NCBI GenBank assembly: GCA_002245135.1
Contig: NGBS01000601.1
Coordinates: 1 to 64,000, forward strand
Origin: Proteromonas lacertae
Lineage: Eukaryota
DNA length: 64,000 nucleotides
Direction of reading: 5' to 3'
Part shown: positions 49,767-64,000 of the stretch, piece after piece
Position numbering within the stretch: the first letter of the stretch is position 1
How the letters are laid out: each line of letters opens with the position of its first letter
Made by a program: the position numbers and the translations under genes
The notes under the pieces: generated by a model
The model's input: the letters and a program-made list of their open reading frames with translations, nothing else
Told to the model about the DNA's origin: nothing
The model's database searches: none

Positions 49767-51424
49767 ATGAATGTTGATATAGATGAACTGATTAGACAAG
49801 GGGAGAGATTGCTATATGAACAGCAGGAGAATAGTATTAGTTTATTGGTCATATGCATAGGGGAATTTAACAAATATAAGGTTAATAAACCTCAAAGTAG
49901 AAGAATATCGCTGATTAAAAGTCCCAAGCCTATAGTATAAAGGAAATAGTTTTATAGTTATAGTTAAAAAGTCCATCTGCTTTAAAGAAAAAACATAACA
50001 GACGTGTATCATATGCAGATAAAGAAAATATTAATGACTCAGATAGCAATTCAATGTCATCATCAATTCACAATTGCGTTCCAATATGGTTAAGATCAGA
50101 AGTATAAGCTGATATTTCTACCATTTATTAATAGATAGACATAACTCGTAAAGAATCAAAAGTAGAAAAAATGAGAAAACAATACGATAAACAATCCAAA
50201 GAATGTACTTTTCAGCCAAAAGTATCACCAAAATCACACCAACTAACAGACGAAGATAATCATCATCAACAACAATATATTCCAATATGGAAAAGAACAG
50301 CTATTGATTTAGCTAAAAGAGAAATGTCTAGTGCAAGAGCTCAAGAAATGTATGATCCAAATGTAAGAGAATGTACATTCAAACCAAATATAGAAACATC
50401 ACCACATTATCGATTTAATAAAGAAAAATACAGTGTAAATAATAATAATAATAATAATAATAATGAAGATGATGATGATGAATCTCCATCAATAATTACA
50501 AGATTAACTGAAGGAAATGAAAAACCAATAAACAAACAACTACAACGAAGAGTTGCTTGGGAAGAAGAGATAAAACAACAATGTCCATTCAAACCACATA
50601 TTAATGAAATCAGTAATAAAATAATGGAACAAAAATACAATAATAAAGGTGATTTTATGCAAAGACAACAATATTATGAATTAGAAAAGATTAAAAAAGA
50701 GAATAAAATAAGAGAAAGAGAGAATATGAATTACAATAAAAAATATCCGTTTAAACCAGAAATAGGAAATGCTGAAGAAGTATTGATTTATAAACGACCT
50801 GATTTAGTATTAGAAACTGAAGAAGAAAGAATAGAGAGATTAAGTAAAAAGGACTTTGATAAAAAACAAAATATTAGAAAGAAAGTAGCAGATGAATATT
50901 ATGGTCAATTTTCATTTAAACCGAATGTAAATAAAAAATCAAAATATTTAGCAAGATCCTCCAGTTGTAGTAAATTGTATAATAGTGATAAAGAGAAAGA
51001 AGAAAAACTAAAGAAATTAGAAGAAGAAAAAGAAAGAAAATATAGAGAAGAATGTACTTTTAAACCTGATTTACACTTTACAAAGAAACAGAATCAATTA
51101 GTGGACGATTATTATAGAAATCAATTGAAATATACTGAAAAAATGTATAATAATTTAAGAGAAAAAGAAAAACTAATCATTCAAAATAAGAGAGAAAAAG
51201 AAATGGAAGAATTGAAGGAATGTACATTTAAACCAAAGATACAACCACCTCCTAAGAAAGGTGATAAACTCGTATTAGTGAATGGATTGGGAAGATACTT
51301 GGAAATGACAGAATTAGCTAAAAGGAAGAAAGAAGAGCAGAAAAAAAGAGAAAAGAAAGTATTTGCATCTGGTAAAAAGCCATTACAACCATTCACAATA
51401 CCGCAACCGTTTAATCTTTCTTGA
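49767..51424 (+). CDS. Protein with repeated ECTFKP motifs (probable microtubule/cilium-associated)
   Basis: About seven (E)C/Y.F.P repeats; TIPQPFNLS terminus; small 5' exons inferred. Confidence 0.7.
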
Positions 51425-51596
51425 AATTTTGTTCTTTTGTGTTAATAGTAAGTAATATGTAAAATGTCTAATTGTTTTTTATTTATATGTTTTATATGTA
51501 TAAAGATAAAAACATATGAATATATATTGAAATATAGAATATAAAATATTGAATTATGAGATTATTGAGATTTACTTCCACACTTTAATCTACTAA

Positions 51597-54500
51597 TTAC
51601 TTGGCTGGGGCAGGTGCTACTGCATTTGTTGGAATACCTGGTGCATTAGGAGCACCACCATTAGTGGCTTGACTGTTAGCAGCACTAGTTTTATCTTTCT
51701 TATTGTCCTTAACCTTCTTCTTCTTCTTCTTTTGAATTAATTCATGAGTCAAATCTTTCATAACTTCTCTTATACGAATATCACGTGATTTTACAGTTGT
51801 CATTAAATCTGTCAACTTTCTAGCATGTTCAGCATAGGAACTTAACAAATATAATTTGAAGTAATTATTAGTCTGTAAGTTAACAATCAATGACTTTTGT
51901 GCTTTATCAAATACGCAATTATCAGCCTTCTTTAATCTCTTTTGAATATCTTCTAACACATTTGGAGGAACATTGACAGAGAAAGCACCAAAACTAATAA
52001 ATGTTTCATAAATCCAATCTTCATAATCCACTTTATCATTACCAGGTTGTTCTTGTTTAAATAAGCAGATATGAACATAACAATCAACAAAGTGTTCTAA
52101 TTGAGATTGTTTTAAGAATTCTCTGAAGTAAGCTCTTGATATTGGTTTAGATATAATGCTTTCTAAGAATTTAACATCAGTATTTAAGTCATTAACTTTA
52201 GTAACTCTAGCTCTCTTTTCTAAGACTAAGTAAACATACAATGGAATAACAGCAATAGCTAAACCGAATGATTTCAATATAGCAATTGTAGTAATAACTC
52301 CCAAGCTAGGACTGTCTATTAAATCCATTATCCATGAGATAATTACAACGAATAATGATTGAATTATCATCATTACAGCTAATACTCTAGCAGATGATTC
52401 TTCTCTATCTCTCATTAAAGAAATGACGAACTTTAATGCAATACCAACTAATGTAATCTCTAAAGCACCAGCCATATAACTATATAAACTAACTTCACAG
52501 GTTATAAACACTTTTCTTGGTACATCTTCTATGATTTGTTCTTTAGCATCCTTTAAAAATATAAATCCACCAGCAACATAATAGATAACAATTAATACAC
52601 CAAATACAACCATTCTTTTATTCATTACATCAACTGGTACATATAATTTCTTAGCTCTTAATAATGTTAATTGAGCAGCTAAACAGGATGTTACTAATGA
52701 TAATGAAGCAGTAATACCGAATAAGGCAGTTCTTGCAAGACAACTATATTGTTCAGGATCAAATGTATATAGCAAGAATGAAAATGCAGCTAATATTGAA
52801 TATGCTGGTAAAGTATAAACTAAACCAGGTAATTCAGCTACAACTACATGTCCAGAGTTGGATTGAATCAATGCAATTAATGCGATATATCCAAGTGCAA
52901 CTAAGATCACTAAAACTAACAACACATAGAAACCAGAACTACCAATCTTCAATTGCATTTCAATGGGTTCAGGAACCCAACTAAATGGAGCTGGAAATTC
53001 ACTTGGACATTGACAATTCCAATCTCTTGCAGAATCACAATCTCCCTTTTCATTACATACATTATTAGTACTAGGACCAATGATTCTAGAGGATAAAGTC
53101 ATATTACCATCTTCAGATTTATTCTCATATACTTGCATCAATATTAATTCACCTTGTTCATTCATATGAGATTCAGAACCAAAGTGTATTGTACCATAGA
53201 AGCTTTCCCAATATAAACAAGTAACACCAGCACCACAGGCAGTATCATCTTGACAGAATTGACCAGTCCAACTGGCAGAACCTGATCCTGATGATGCATA
53301 ACCACATTCACCAAAACCTGTTAATATTTCATACATTCTTGCATTACTTGTTTCACTGAATTGATCACTTGGTACATATTTCTCATCTTCTGCACCTTGA
53401 GCTGCTAATTCGATTGCTCTTTGAACTGTTACACCACAAGCTGCTCCCATAGCGGCGTATTCAATATCCATAGATGTTTCAGCTGGTGCAGTTGGTAATT
53501 GCTTGTATACATATTCCTTTAATGCTGCTTTGGCTGATTCTTTGAATTCTGCATTTGTTCCCATATATTTACCTTGTTCATTTCCTAATGTATCTGGATT
53601 GTACTGACTGTAAGGTGTTAAATAAGTCCAATGAGATGATGCTAATTCTGTATAATCTATTTATTTATTTATAAGATATATTAATATATACATTTGAATC
53701 CTGCAGGTGTAGTAACTAATACACCACTTGGTGTCCATTGATACTGTTGTGCTAATTCCATAATTGTAGGTAAACCATCAACATCACTAATAACAACAAC
53801 ATCTGGATTAACTTCCTTCAATACAGCAACCCATTTTCTTAATTCTTCTACATATCTTGCAGGGAAATCGACTGTACCTTGATGTCTAGCAAATACACAC
53901 TTTTCTTCACCTGGACAATCATTATCTGAACCACAAGATCCAGCATAAGGATCTGTAGCAACACTTTCACATCGTTTCATTACTTGTCTTATCTTTGATA
54001 ATTGGTTATCTTTTTGTGCATTTTCAAAGGCTTTTTGTACTCTTTCTCCGAAATAATATCCTTCGCCTGTACTTGAACCTAATACTGCATAGGTAATAGC
54101 ACTATTTCTCTGTGAAAAGAATTCAAAACCACTTAATGATATAGCATCTGGTTGAGCATTATTAATATTATACATAAACTTCTGTTTGCTACTATCTAAT
54201 GTATCTTCCTCAGCTGATGCTAAAATGACTGTAATATTGCAGGCAAATGGTATATATTTCTCTTCAATCGAAACTGTAGTATCATCACGAAAAAACTCCC
54301 TTGTTCCATTAATCATTCCTTCTCTCAATTGAACTACTAATTCATCGCCATATGGAGCAATTAAAAAATGTGGAGGTGCTTTTTCTTCAATGGGTTGATT
54401 TTTATCAGTTCTGTTAATATCTACTTGTTTCTTATATGTAAGTGCTTGTTGGCAAATACTGAAACCTTTTTGGTACATTTTGGTTTTTCTTGTTTCTTTT

Positions 54501-54904
54501 GAATCTCCTTTAGCCCAATCTATTACTCTGAGTGATACTTTTGTTCTATAAGATAATAAATTTCAGTATAATCATACTGCTCAGTACCAGCTGGACATTC
54601 TGAAGTAGAGGTTGTACTTCTACTTAAGCAAACACCTCCTTTTCCATTCACCCAATCTCTCCAAGCTAATAAGCCAGCAGCCATTCTACTTCCTATTAAT
54701 TCTTAGATAATTATGAAATACCATAAAATATGTCTTCTCCTGATAAATCTAAGAATGCATCAACTCTGATTTTATCATCTTCATGAACTGTGTCACCTCC
54801 TGGATGAATATATTCTACACACTCAATCTAACACAATAAACTCATAAAATTCATACCTTATATAAATTTAATAATAATATTAATAGTAGTATATGTTTAA
54901 TCAT
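51597..54904 (-). CDS. Receptor: signal peptide, periplasmic-binding/Venus-flytrap-like ectodomain, 7TM and RGS domain; multi-exon
   Basis: MIKHILLLILLL; WRDWVNGKGG; about seven hydrophobic helices; YFREFLK..IYETFI..VNV..FDKAQ RGS box. Confidence 0.75.
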
Positions 54905-55021
54905 AATTAGAACCACCCCTAGCTATTAAAATTTTAATTATAATTCTCTTGATCGTCCGTTACACTTATATAAAGAATTTATAACGACATTTCTATAAAA
55001 CGACTATTTTTATTTTTATAC

Positions 55022-57875
55022 ATGGAATCTAATGATCCACATTTATTTATACCTATAGATTGTGTTTACGGATATGATGAGAATGATATATTACTGTTTA
55101 AAGATATACCTAAAGAAAATTCGTTAGAAATTGAAAAGCTACCTACTCACTTCATTCCTAAATTAGCTCCCATACCTTTAATACAAGCAGCTAAAATCAA
55201 TAGAGTGGAAGCAACTTATCGTGCTTTACAGTTATTGAGAATTAACCCAAACAGAAGTCCATATCTTATTTTTATAGCTGATAATTTATCTAAATTTACA
55301 TTTAATGACAGTTATGATACTTTTATAAACAAAAATGGAACGTTATTATATCGAAGAAAAGATACAACAGAAGTTACATATGAATATCCATTCTTATCTA
55401 AATTCCAAGATAAAATAGCAGAGACAGAAGAAAAGCATAATTCTGGCTATTATATAGAAGAATGTATATAATTTACTAATTTAATGTTTTATCTATATAG
55501 ATGGAACAATGCAATCCTCATTTATTAGAAATATCCAAGTAAGACATGCTACATGTATAATACAAACATGGTATAGAATGATATGTTGTTACAGATCTTA
55601 TGAGCAATTACTATATAACAGAGATGTAGCTGCCATTAGAATACAGTCATTAATAAGAGGATTTTTAGGTAGAAGATATGTTAGAAATTATAAGGATTAT
55701 TTCTATGGAAATGCTATTAAAATACAATCTTTATTTAGAAGATATAAATATAGAAAGTATATATATATATTATTAATTCTATTTTCTTTATTAGATTATA
55801 TAAACAAATATATCCATTATACAAATGTGAATTAGAAGCTCAGAAATATTTAAACCAATTCAAATTCGCAACAAATAATGAAAAATCAGAACGAAGACAT
55901 TCAATAAGTGATCCATTTATAATAAAATCATATGATTTATCCTCTCAATTTGACACTGATACTTATTTGAATGATATTTGGGTGCAATTTACTGAAGAGA
56001 AGGATAAATATAATTGGTTCTTTGATGATCAATTAATATGGAAAACGAAAGCATCTTTAAGAGATGAAGAACAAAATAGAAGAATTGAAAGTAAGAGAAA
56101 ATCTCAGTTAGATACTTTAAGAGTTGAAATAGAATGTAGAAGTAGAAGAATTAGTCAAACTATTGACTTGCCTAGACAATATGATGAGAAAATGGTACAA
56201 ACTAATGAAGGAAAAGAAGAGAAAGAGAAAGAGAAAGAGAAAGAAGATGATGAATATGGTGAAGAAATAAAGGATGATAATGAAGAAGAAGAAGAAGAAA
56301 AAGAAGAGTTCAAAAATGATATAATTACTGAAGACGATTTAGAAGCACCACTAGAAACAGGATTTGTAGATGAATCAGAAGAATATGGTACAGAAGCAGA
56401 TTATAAGAATGACTTAGAGAATTTAGGATATAATGATGATGGTGATGATGATGATGATGGAAATGAAGAAGGATATGGAGGTGAAATATTACAATCAGAA
56501 AATCAAAACTCTTATTCTGATGAGAGAAGTAAAAGTAGCATTATTAATAGATCTGCACCAAGATTGTCACATGTTTCAACAGTTAAAAATTCACAAAGTG
56601 ATACATTAGACCCATTGAATGTATATATAACTATTAATTATTGTTATTATTATTAAATAGAAGAACAAAGCATATAATAGAATTGAAAGTGGTTATTCTT
56701 ATCCAGTCGCAAGGAATTTATACAATTATTTAATCAAATTAGAACCAGATTTACATTCAGTTTTACCTCCAACATTGAAAAAGAAAGAAGTTAGATTTTG
56801 TCAATTATTTACTCCATTATTTCAGTATAAGACTGAAGATTTATTACCAGAAACAACTGATAAACCAATTTCATCATCTTTAAAGGTAAATATAAATCCA
56901 TTCATAGGAGGACATTTAACAACAGTTAGAAATGGAAAATTATACTTCAAAATAGCCAAAGCTGAGTATAAACATAATAAAATAGAATGGAAAGAAGAAG
57001 AACATGTTGAAAAACCAAAAACAATGTTTAAATGTAAAAAGAGAGAAGTTTCAGTTATTCATACTGATTTTAGAGTTACCTACCCAAATACAATGCCATC
57101 ATTTAGTCCACGTAATGCCTCAAAAGAGATTAAAAGTATTTATATTGAAGTACCTTATAAAGAATATCATCCTCCACCTAAAGACTTAGATGAATTCTTA
57201 GCTCAACATCAAGATGAATTCCTTTCACATTTATTAAGCAAAGTTCCAAGCCAAGCTTCTTCCAGAAATGCTTCATTAAAGAATCGTAATGCTTTTACTA
57301 GTAATAATCAATATCCCAATTCAATCTCCACTACATCATTATTACAAACATTACCACCATTATCACCAGTATTAACTATCAGAGGCAGCTAAAGCGAAAA
57401 GAAAACAATTAAGTTATCAATTACATTATAAGAAACATCCTCATACTCATCCATTTCCTAGAGATTATACTTATAAAGGAGATCAATTTGATGATAAACC
57501 AAAGTGGGTAAATCCAGCCAAACATTATTATTTTCATCCAATAGAAGCTGCCAATAAAATGAATTATAATAATTATACTGACACTGTTAGAACTGTGGCT
57601 AGTTATCCTGCTTCGCCTATTAAACTGTGTAGAATTGATCCAGAGTATTATTTCATATATTATAATGTAGATCTAAACCACCACCACCATTATATCCAAT
57701 GATTGGTAAAGGAAGAACAGTTGTATATGAGCCAATTAAAAGTGATAAAAAGAAGCCCAAGAAGAAGAAGAATAGTAAATCATCATCACATATATTTGAA
57801 TATGTTGTTGATCCAATTGCTGAAAAACAATTCTTGACTGATCCTTATAGATATCGTTTCCCAAGATTAAAATAA
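55022..57875 (+). CDS. IQ-motif protein, multi-exon, apparent frameshift near 57375
   Basis: IQTWYR, IQSLIRGFLGR and IQSLFR motifs; acidic middle region. Confidence 0.65.
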
Positions 57876-57988
57876 ATAAATATAATTTATATGTTATATT
57901 TAATGATTAATATTTTATTTTTATTTTGTTATGTTATAAAAATTATAAAAAATAAATAAAAAATAAATAAAAAAAATAACTAATCTAT

Positions 57989-59746
57989 TTAAAAATAAGG
58001 ATTATCTCTTAAAGTGGATGTTGTTTTATGTTTTGTATTTATTGGGGATGTATTTCTTTTATTTGTAATTCTTTGTATATCTTCTTTTTTTAATTTATCT
58101 CTTATACCAATCAATACTTTTATTCTTTCAACATTTAATTTATCATTTTCTTTTAACTCTTGTAAAAGTACTTTTTCTGCTTCTAAATTAATTTCTAATC
58201 TTTTTTTACCTTCTTCTTCTTCTACTACTGTTGGCTTCAATTCTGATTTCAGTTTTTCATTCTCTAGTTGCAGTTTTCTCACTTTCATTTTCAGCGTTGC
58301 TAGTTTTTCTTGTAAAGATTTTTCAAATAGTTTAGATTTACTAACAATAATATATATATATATGTATAAAATATACTCTACTTCATTATCTAATAATCTA
58401 CCCATCTCACCTTTTGACCAATCAACTTCATACAATGCATTTTTCTCGATTTTTATTGGTTTCTTTAAATGAGCTGTTTTTCTTGCATTTATCTTTGCAA
58501 TTACTGAAGAATCTCTTGTTTGATAGAATGTCTTTTGTCGATACTAATACTAATAATAATAACAACAAATACTTCTCCTTTTGGAACTCCAGCTCTAACA
58601 TGATGGTCATTTATTCTATCTCTCAATTCGTAAAAGAATTTTTCTTCTTCAAGTTTTTGCTTATCTGTAAGTGTATGAGCAACATATCCCATATCTTAAG
58701 AGTGAAATATTAGAATATATTCATATACTTGTTTCTGAACCAGTATTAAAATACAAATTTCCAGGTTGAGGTAAAGCTGGATCTAAAGGATTCCTAGGAG
58801 CCATAAAAACATCAGTTGCATAATTTATATTATCATCATTTGTACTATAATAAATAATAATAATAATAAATAATTTCATATTTATACTATTGTAAATCAT
58901 AATCAATTACAACTACAGGATTAGGATCAGTATCTCCTGGCTGTTGACCTTCAGGAAACATATCCAATAATATGGATTCAACTTTTGTTTCACCAGATTT
59001 TGCTACTGAAACTGCTTTTTGTACTGATTTAGCTACTGATTGTGTTTTTTCAGACATATGCGATTGTTTTTGTGAAGCAGCAGCTGCTGATGCAGCTATA
59101 GATGCGGTTTTGTGTTGAGATTCTACATTACCAGCATGATTCGAAACTGTAGATCTAGGTACTGTTGGAGGAAGTGATGGATTATGCTGTTTTTGAGATG
59201 CTTGTGTGAATTGTCTAGATGCTACAGTTGCTGGTCGCGATGTTGCTGTACCTGGTCTTGAAATAGGAGCAGAAGCTGGCCTTAACGAATGTTTTGATAA
59301 TGCTGAAGCAGGTCTAAATAAAAGATAGAAAAAAAATATAATTATCTAATAATTACCTTGGTATTCTACATAAATATAAACAAATAGATTAATATACTCC
59401 ATTACTGATATAAATTTTGGTACTCTAAGAATTATATTAAAATATTTAATAATACGGTGGTAATTTTGTATCTACATCATGACATGATGGTCTTTCTGAT
59501 ATAGGTCTAACAATAAAACCTGGAATTATACATAAAACTATCATTAGCATAACGATCTCCACTCCCAGCACTAATTTAATAGATCATATATATACTATGT
59601 AACATATGAAGCTGGTTTTGGTTTAAATCTATATAAATCAAGTTATTGCGGAATACAGAGGAATGTATTGTGCGCTATGTATTATTAAAAAAACATAAAT
59701 ACCCTTTTATAGCTGTTTTAGGAGCTGCAGGACCTAAAATAGGCAT
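57989..59746 (-). CDS. Hypothetical coiled-coil protein, multi-exon
   Basis: Chain of short exons separated by GT-AG introns, ending in a coiled-coil ORF. Confidence 0.55.
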
Positions 59747-59904
59747 TTTTAGAAAATATATTTGATAATGGTTTGAGCATTTTAAATTTAAAACTGTCTT
59801 TGTTAAAGTATAAAACATGATAAAAAATACAATTCATATAATATATAAAAATTATTAATAATTTTATTTTAATAAAGTGACAAATTAATTATCAAAATTT
59901 TATA

Positions 59905-61455
59905 TTAACACTTTTGTTCTTGCTGTGTTTCACTCATTATATCCTTCAAAACATCAGCCACAACTCCAGTTCTAATTGGTGGTGGTTTATATCCTGCATT
60001 AATATGATCTCTCAATTGTTTTTCAATTAACCTTCTTTCTCTCAGATACTGTATTTGACGCTGTCTTTCTTCTTGTTCAGCATCTCTTAATCTCTGTAAT
60101 TCTGCTTCACGTTTATTATCTTCAACAGCTTCATATTGCTTCTTTAATTCATTTCCATACCATTCATTCAACTCTCTTCTCTTCTGTGACTCTTTCCTTT
60201 CTCTTTCAATCTGTATATTCTGTTCTCTAATTAATTTAATTCTTTCTCTCTCATCATTCTCTTTTTCTAAATTAGCTTTTCTAGCTTTATATTCTATTTG
60301 CATTTTTCTCTCTAAATATACTTGATTCATTAACTTATCATAAGCTTCCTTCTTTCTTTGCTCGTCTAATCGAGCCTTCTTCTCCACTTCTCTTTGATAT
60401 TCAGCTGCTCTTCTTTCATCTGCTTGAGCTTGTTGGTCTTGGAACTTCTCTTGTTTTGCTCTAATTCTTTCACATTCTAATGCCTTTTGTTTAGCTTCAC
60501 GTTGTTTACGACGATTTTCATCCATTGCTTCTTTATCCTTTCGTTTATTATAAAGTGTAATCTTTTTATCTTCTTCTAATTCCTGCATCAATCTATCATA
60601 TCGATGACTTTCTTGTAATTTATTGAAATCCTCTAATTCTTTCGCTCTTCTCTTTTGTTCTTTGATTTTTTCTATTTCACGTCTTTCAGCCTCGATCTGA
60701 TCTTGTCGGATTTTTTCTAACATCATTTCTCCTTCCATCTCTATTCGTTCTTTTTCTAATATTCTTTCTAATTCTCTTTCAGCTAATTGATCTTCGATTT
60801 TTTCTTTGAATATTGCATTCTTTTGTTTCCTTTCTTCTAGTTGTTGTCTGTATTTTTGTATTTCATCTATTCTTCTTTCTTCCATCTCATCGTCCCAGGC
60901 TTGATCGATTTGATGTTGATAATCTTGTAGTTCTTTCTTTTCTTTTATTTGTTTACCTAATATTGTTTCATTTTTCATTCTATTTAGACGAGCTCTTAAT
61001 GTCTTTACATCATCTGCTTCACTATCCATTTTGTCATATACTTTTTTTAACATGGGATTTGCTGCTTCTATTGCTTCTAATTCGGCTGCTATTGTTGGCA
61101 CATGTTTTTTTGCTTCTTCTTCCAATTCTCGCATTTTAGTCTTTCTCAAGTCAGCTTTATCATGTAATGCTTTTTGTGATAAATATGCATCTCTTTTTCT
61201 TCTTTCTATTTCTTCTTTTGTTATTAATTTTGATCTTTGTTTCAATTCCTCTAAATCTTTTCTTGACATTAAAATAGCATCTATAAAATTTTATAAAATT
61301 TAAATGTACTTGCTCTAGTAGTAGCACCTATAGTTTGTTGACCAGCGTTAGATAATCTTGCACTTGACTTCTATTAATGTAAAATAGACTTCCTATACTG
61401 TATTGCCAAATAGTGTTTCATCCACATCTGGTGTTCTATTTCTGGACATCATCAT
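59905..61455 (-). CDS. CFAP45: Cilia- and flagella-associated protein 45-like (trichohyalin-plectin-homology coiled coil)
   Basis: RKTKMRELE, DDVK..N....ILGKQIKEK, DEMEERR, RAKQEK.QD.QA..DE.RA pattern. Confidence 0.7.
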
Positions 61456-61599
61456 TTTTGAATCAGTTTTGAAAGAAAAAAACAGTTTTAACGAATTAGG
61501 GTAACGACTAGATTTTTAGTAATTCATTTATTTTTTATATAGAAATACATATTGATTTATATAAACTTTAAATAAAGTTTTAGACAGAAATATAATTAT

Positions 61600-62193
61600 T
61601 AAATAGATATTGGTAGAATTATAAATTAATCTTCTCTTTTCAACACTTGCAAATATGTTGTCACACTCCTTTTATACAAAAATGCAGCTCCCTATTATAA
61701 CTAAAAGTTTTAAAATACTTTTGTGATTGGACTAAAACAATAAACCAACATCCCCATTTTTATTGCATAATATAAAGGAACACTATAAATTGTAATTGAT
61801 ATTTTATATACAAAATATGTAGGTAATATAAATTACAATCTAAAGCAAATACAAGACCAAAGCAAAGCCAGTATTTACACCTATTACAATATAACTACTC
61901 TTAATACCAAAAAATCAAATCTTTATGATTGTCTTGTTCGATTGATTTTATTGTTTTATATGCTGGAAACACATAACAAGCAATATTACTAAAAGATTAA
62001 CAAATATATACCACACTAACATGCTGCCCCATTCATAAAACAAAAATATTACACATGCAATAAAACAAACAATTCCTCCCCATATTTTTACCCAATTTAT
62101 TCTTTCTGTAATGTAATGAATTTCTAATCATAAAATTTATAATGAAACTATACCATCATCATCGTTCATTTCATCAAAACTACTCACTTCCAT
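61600..62193 (-). CDS. Small multi-exon membrane protein
   Basis: ATG at 62193 followed by hydrophobic exons between GT-AG introns; 3' end uncertain. Confidence 0.35.
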
Positions 62194-62255
62194 ATTTTAT
62201 CTCAATTTTAAATCCTGACCGTCAAAATTACATTTTATTACAATAATATTTGAAA

Positions 62256-63544
62256 ATGTTAAATCTAGCAGATTTGTTGGATGCTATTAGAGATTTATTA
62301 GAGTATATTGTTAGTTTTTTATCATAGAAAATATAAAGTTTCAGAAGAAGTCATTGAAGCTACTGAACGAGAAATAAAGACTAATATAATGAAAGACAAG
62401 TTTATAAGAGAAAAAATTTCTGAACTAGAGTCGCAGTATCATGCACAATTCTCTGAAGCGACTATGACTTTTAGAGTTAAAGTATACTGTTATATGTATA
62501 TAAATAATAGGCAAAAAGACCAACAGTATTTATATAATTATATTTTCATTGCATTTGTAATAGTCAGCAAGATTAAGAGGTCAAGATGTAGCAGTATATT
62601 AATTAATCATTTTATTTGAATAGAAATTAGCCCAATCAGTAATATATTTATAAATATAATGTCATTATAGATGAAAGCACCACCAAAATCACTAAGTGCT
62701 ACAATAGGTCCAACAGAAACAACAACAAAAGCCACTCCAACCAAAAAGAAAACAACCAAAACATCCTCTAATAATAGTTCAACCAAAAAAGACAGAAAAC
62801 CACTAGCACAATCAATGTATCAACACAAAGATTTACCAGTCAAATCAAACACAAGATTAGCCAAAAGTGATGAACCAGTGAAAGTAAAAAGAGAAACTAA
62901 TTTCATATCAAGTAATATAAAAATAGAAAATGGAGGGTATAAAGAAGAAAAGGAAGAAGAAGTAGTAGAAGATAAAAGCAATGAAAATGATAAGAAATTT
63001 CGTAAAGAGAGAAAATCATCAGTATATTTATATTTATTTTTATTTTATAGAAAGTACAAAAGAAAAATGAAACTTCATCTTCATCTTCGTCTACTGCTAA
63101 TGTAAATATTGATGCTAATTCTGATAAAAAGAAGTTATTACAAAGACAAATAAGTGATACTGTATATTATATATATATATATATATATAGATTATATTGA
63201 ATAATGAAATTGATAATAAATCAAGTACATTTTCTGTAAATAATAATATAAAACCACTTTTATTACAATTACAAGAAAAAATAAGAGAATTAGGAAACTC
63301 GAATGAGACACTATCAACTTCGTTAAAGGTAATTATATTGTTGTACATTTTATAGTCTGTCATTGATAAATTGAAAGACACCGAAAAGCAAAGAGATCAT
63401 TACAAAGAGTTATATGAATCTCAGAAAGTATAATTGAATTGTATTTTCTTTTTTTTCAATAGAAAGTCATTGAGGAACTGAAGCAATTCAAGGAATCAAT
63501 AATTACAGTTAATTCAATTCTTTGCATAGAATGAATATGATTAA
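62256..63544 (+). CDS. Hypothetical multi-exon coiled-coil protein
   Basis: Series of short exons including ORFs 62308 and 62671. Confidence 0.45.
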
Positions 63545-64000
63545 ATACTTTTATTTTATTTCTGTTGTTTATTGTGTATCAAAAAATATATTCGTTTCAA
63601 AGAAATTACATTTCGATTTTCTTTTAAATTATGGATCGTTTGCCTTCTATTATACCATATTTCGCTGATGCTTGCTATTATAGATACGAATTATTTTTTC
63701 TTATTAAAACTAAACAAAACTTACTCAAACATTTCAGAAATTAGAAGTCTTACAGGTTTTTCTTGTATGTATTATGAGTAGATTCAATAGATATTAACTT
63801 AAAAAAATGTTATTAATTTATTTTTCTCATTATTAGACTGTCTAATAAAAAATTTTCATTTCATCAAAAAAAATCTATCTTTGAGATCTATTTGATTTTT
63901 GTGTCTTATATATATTATTTTTACATTTAAATTTCGTTTTTTATAACTTCAAATATGTCTCAAAGCGTTGATAGTATAATTATTGTTCTATTTTATGTTT

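Noticed and set aside
26017..61303. Many short antisense ORFs over the kinesin, channel, CFAP45 and other genes
   Set aside because: Shadow frames of real genes with no independent motifs.

Overview
This is AT-rich eukaryotic DNA with many very short (20-57 nt) GT-AG introns and flagellar genes. That profile suggests a flagellated protist, possibly a Blastocystis/Proteromonas-like stramenopile (inference only). Positions ~1-19,934 hold an integrated ~20 kb Polinton-like/virophage-like dsDNA virus. It encodes an rve integrase, an adenain-type protease, penton, double-jelly-roll major capsid, A32/FtsK packaging ATPase, a basic core/lytic precursor and two paralogous fibre-like genes, and it is bounded by degenerate terminal inverted repeats (TIRs) with a flipped GC-rich hairpin. 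I see no DNA polymerase, helicase or primase in it. Two of its genes carry spliceosomal introns, most structural genes share a TTCTTA-(TA)n upstream motif, and a large protein has foamy-virus-Gag-like YNFRxR motifs. Several viral genes carry stops or frameshifts, but some host genes have similar indels, so some lesions may be assembly errors. The host part (~20-64 kb) has a Bub3 pseudogene, a TPR gene built from tandem 142-bp exon-intron units, CstF-64, a kinesin-3 ending in CaaX, Nup93, a BTB-Ig-SPRY gene, an arylsulfatase, PEAMT, an MFI/C11orf65-like gene, a four-domain voltage-gated channel, a Venus-flytrap-7TM-RGS receptor, CFAP45 and several unknown genes.
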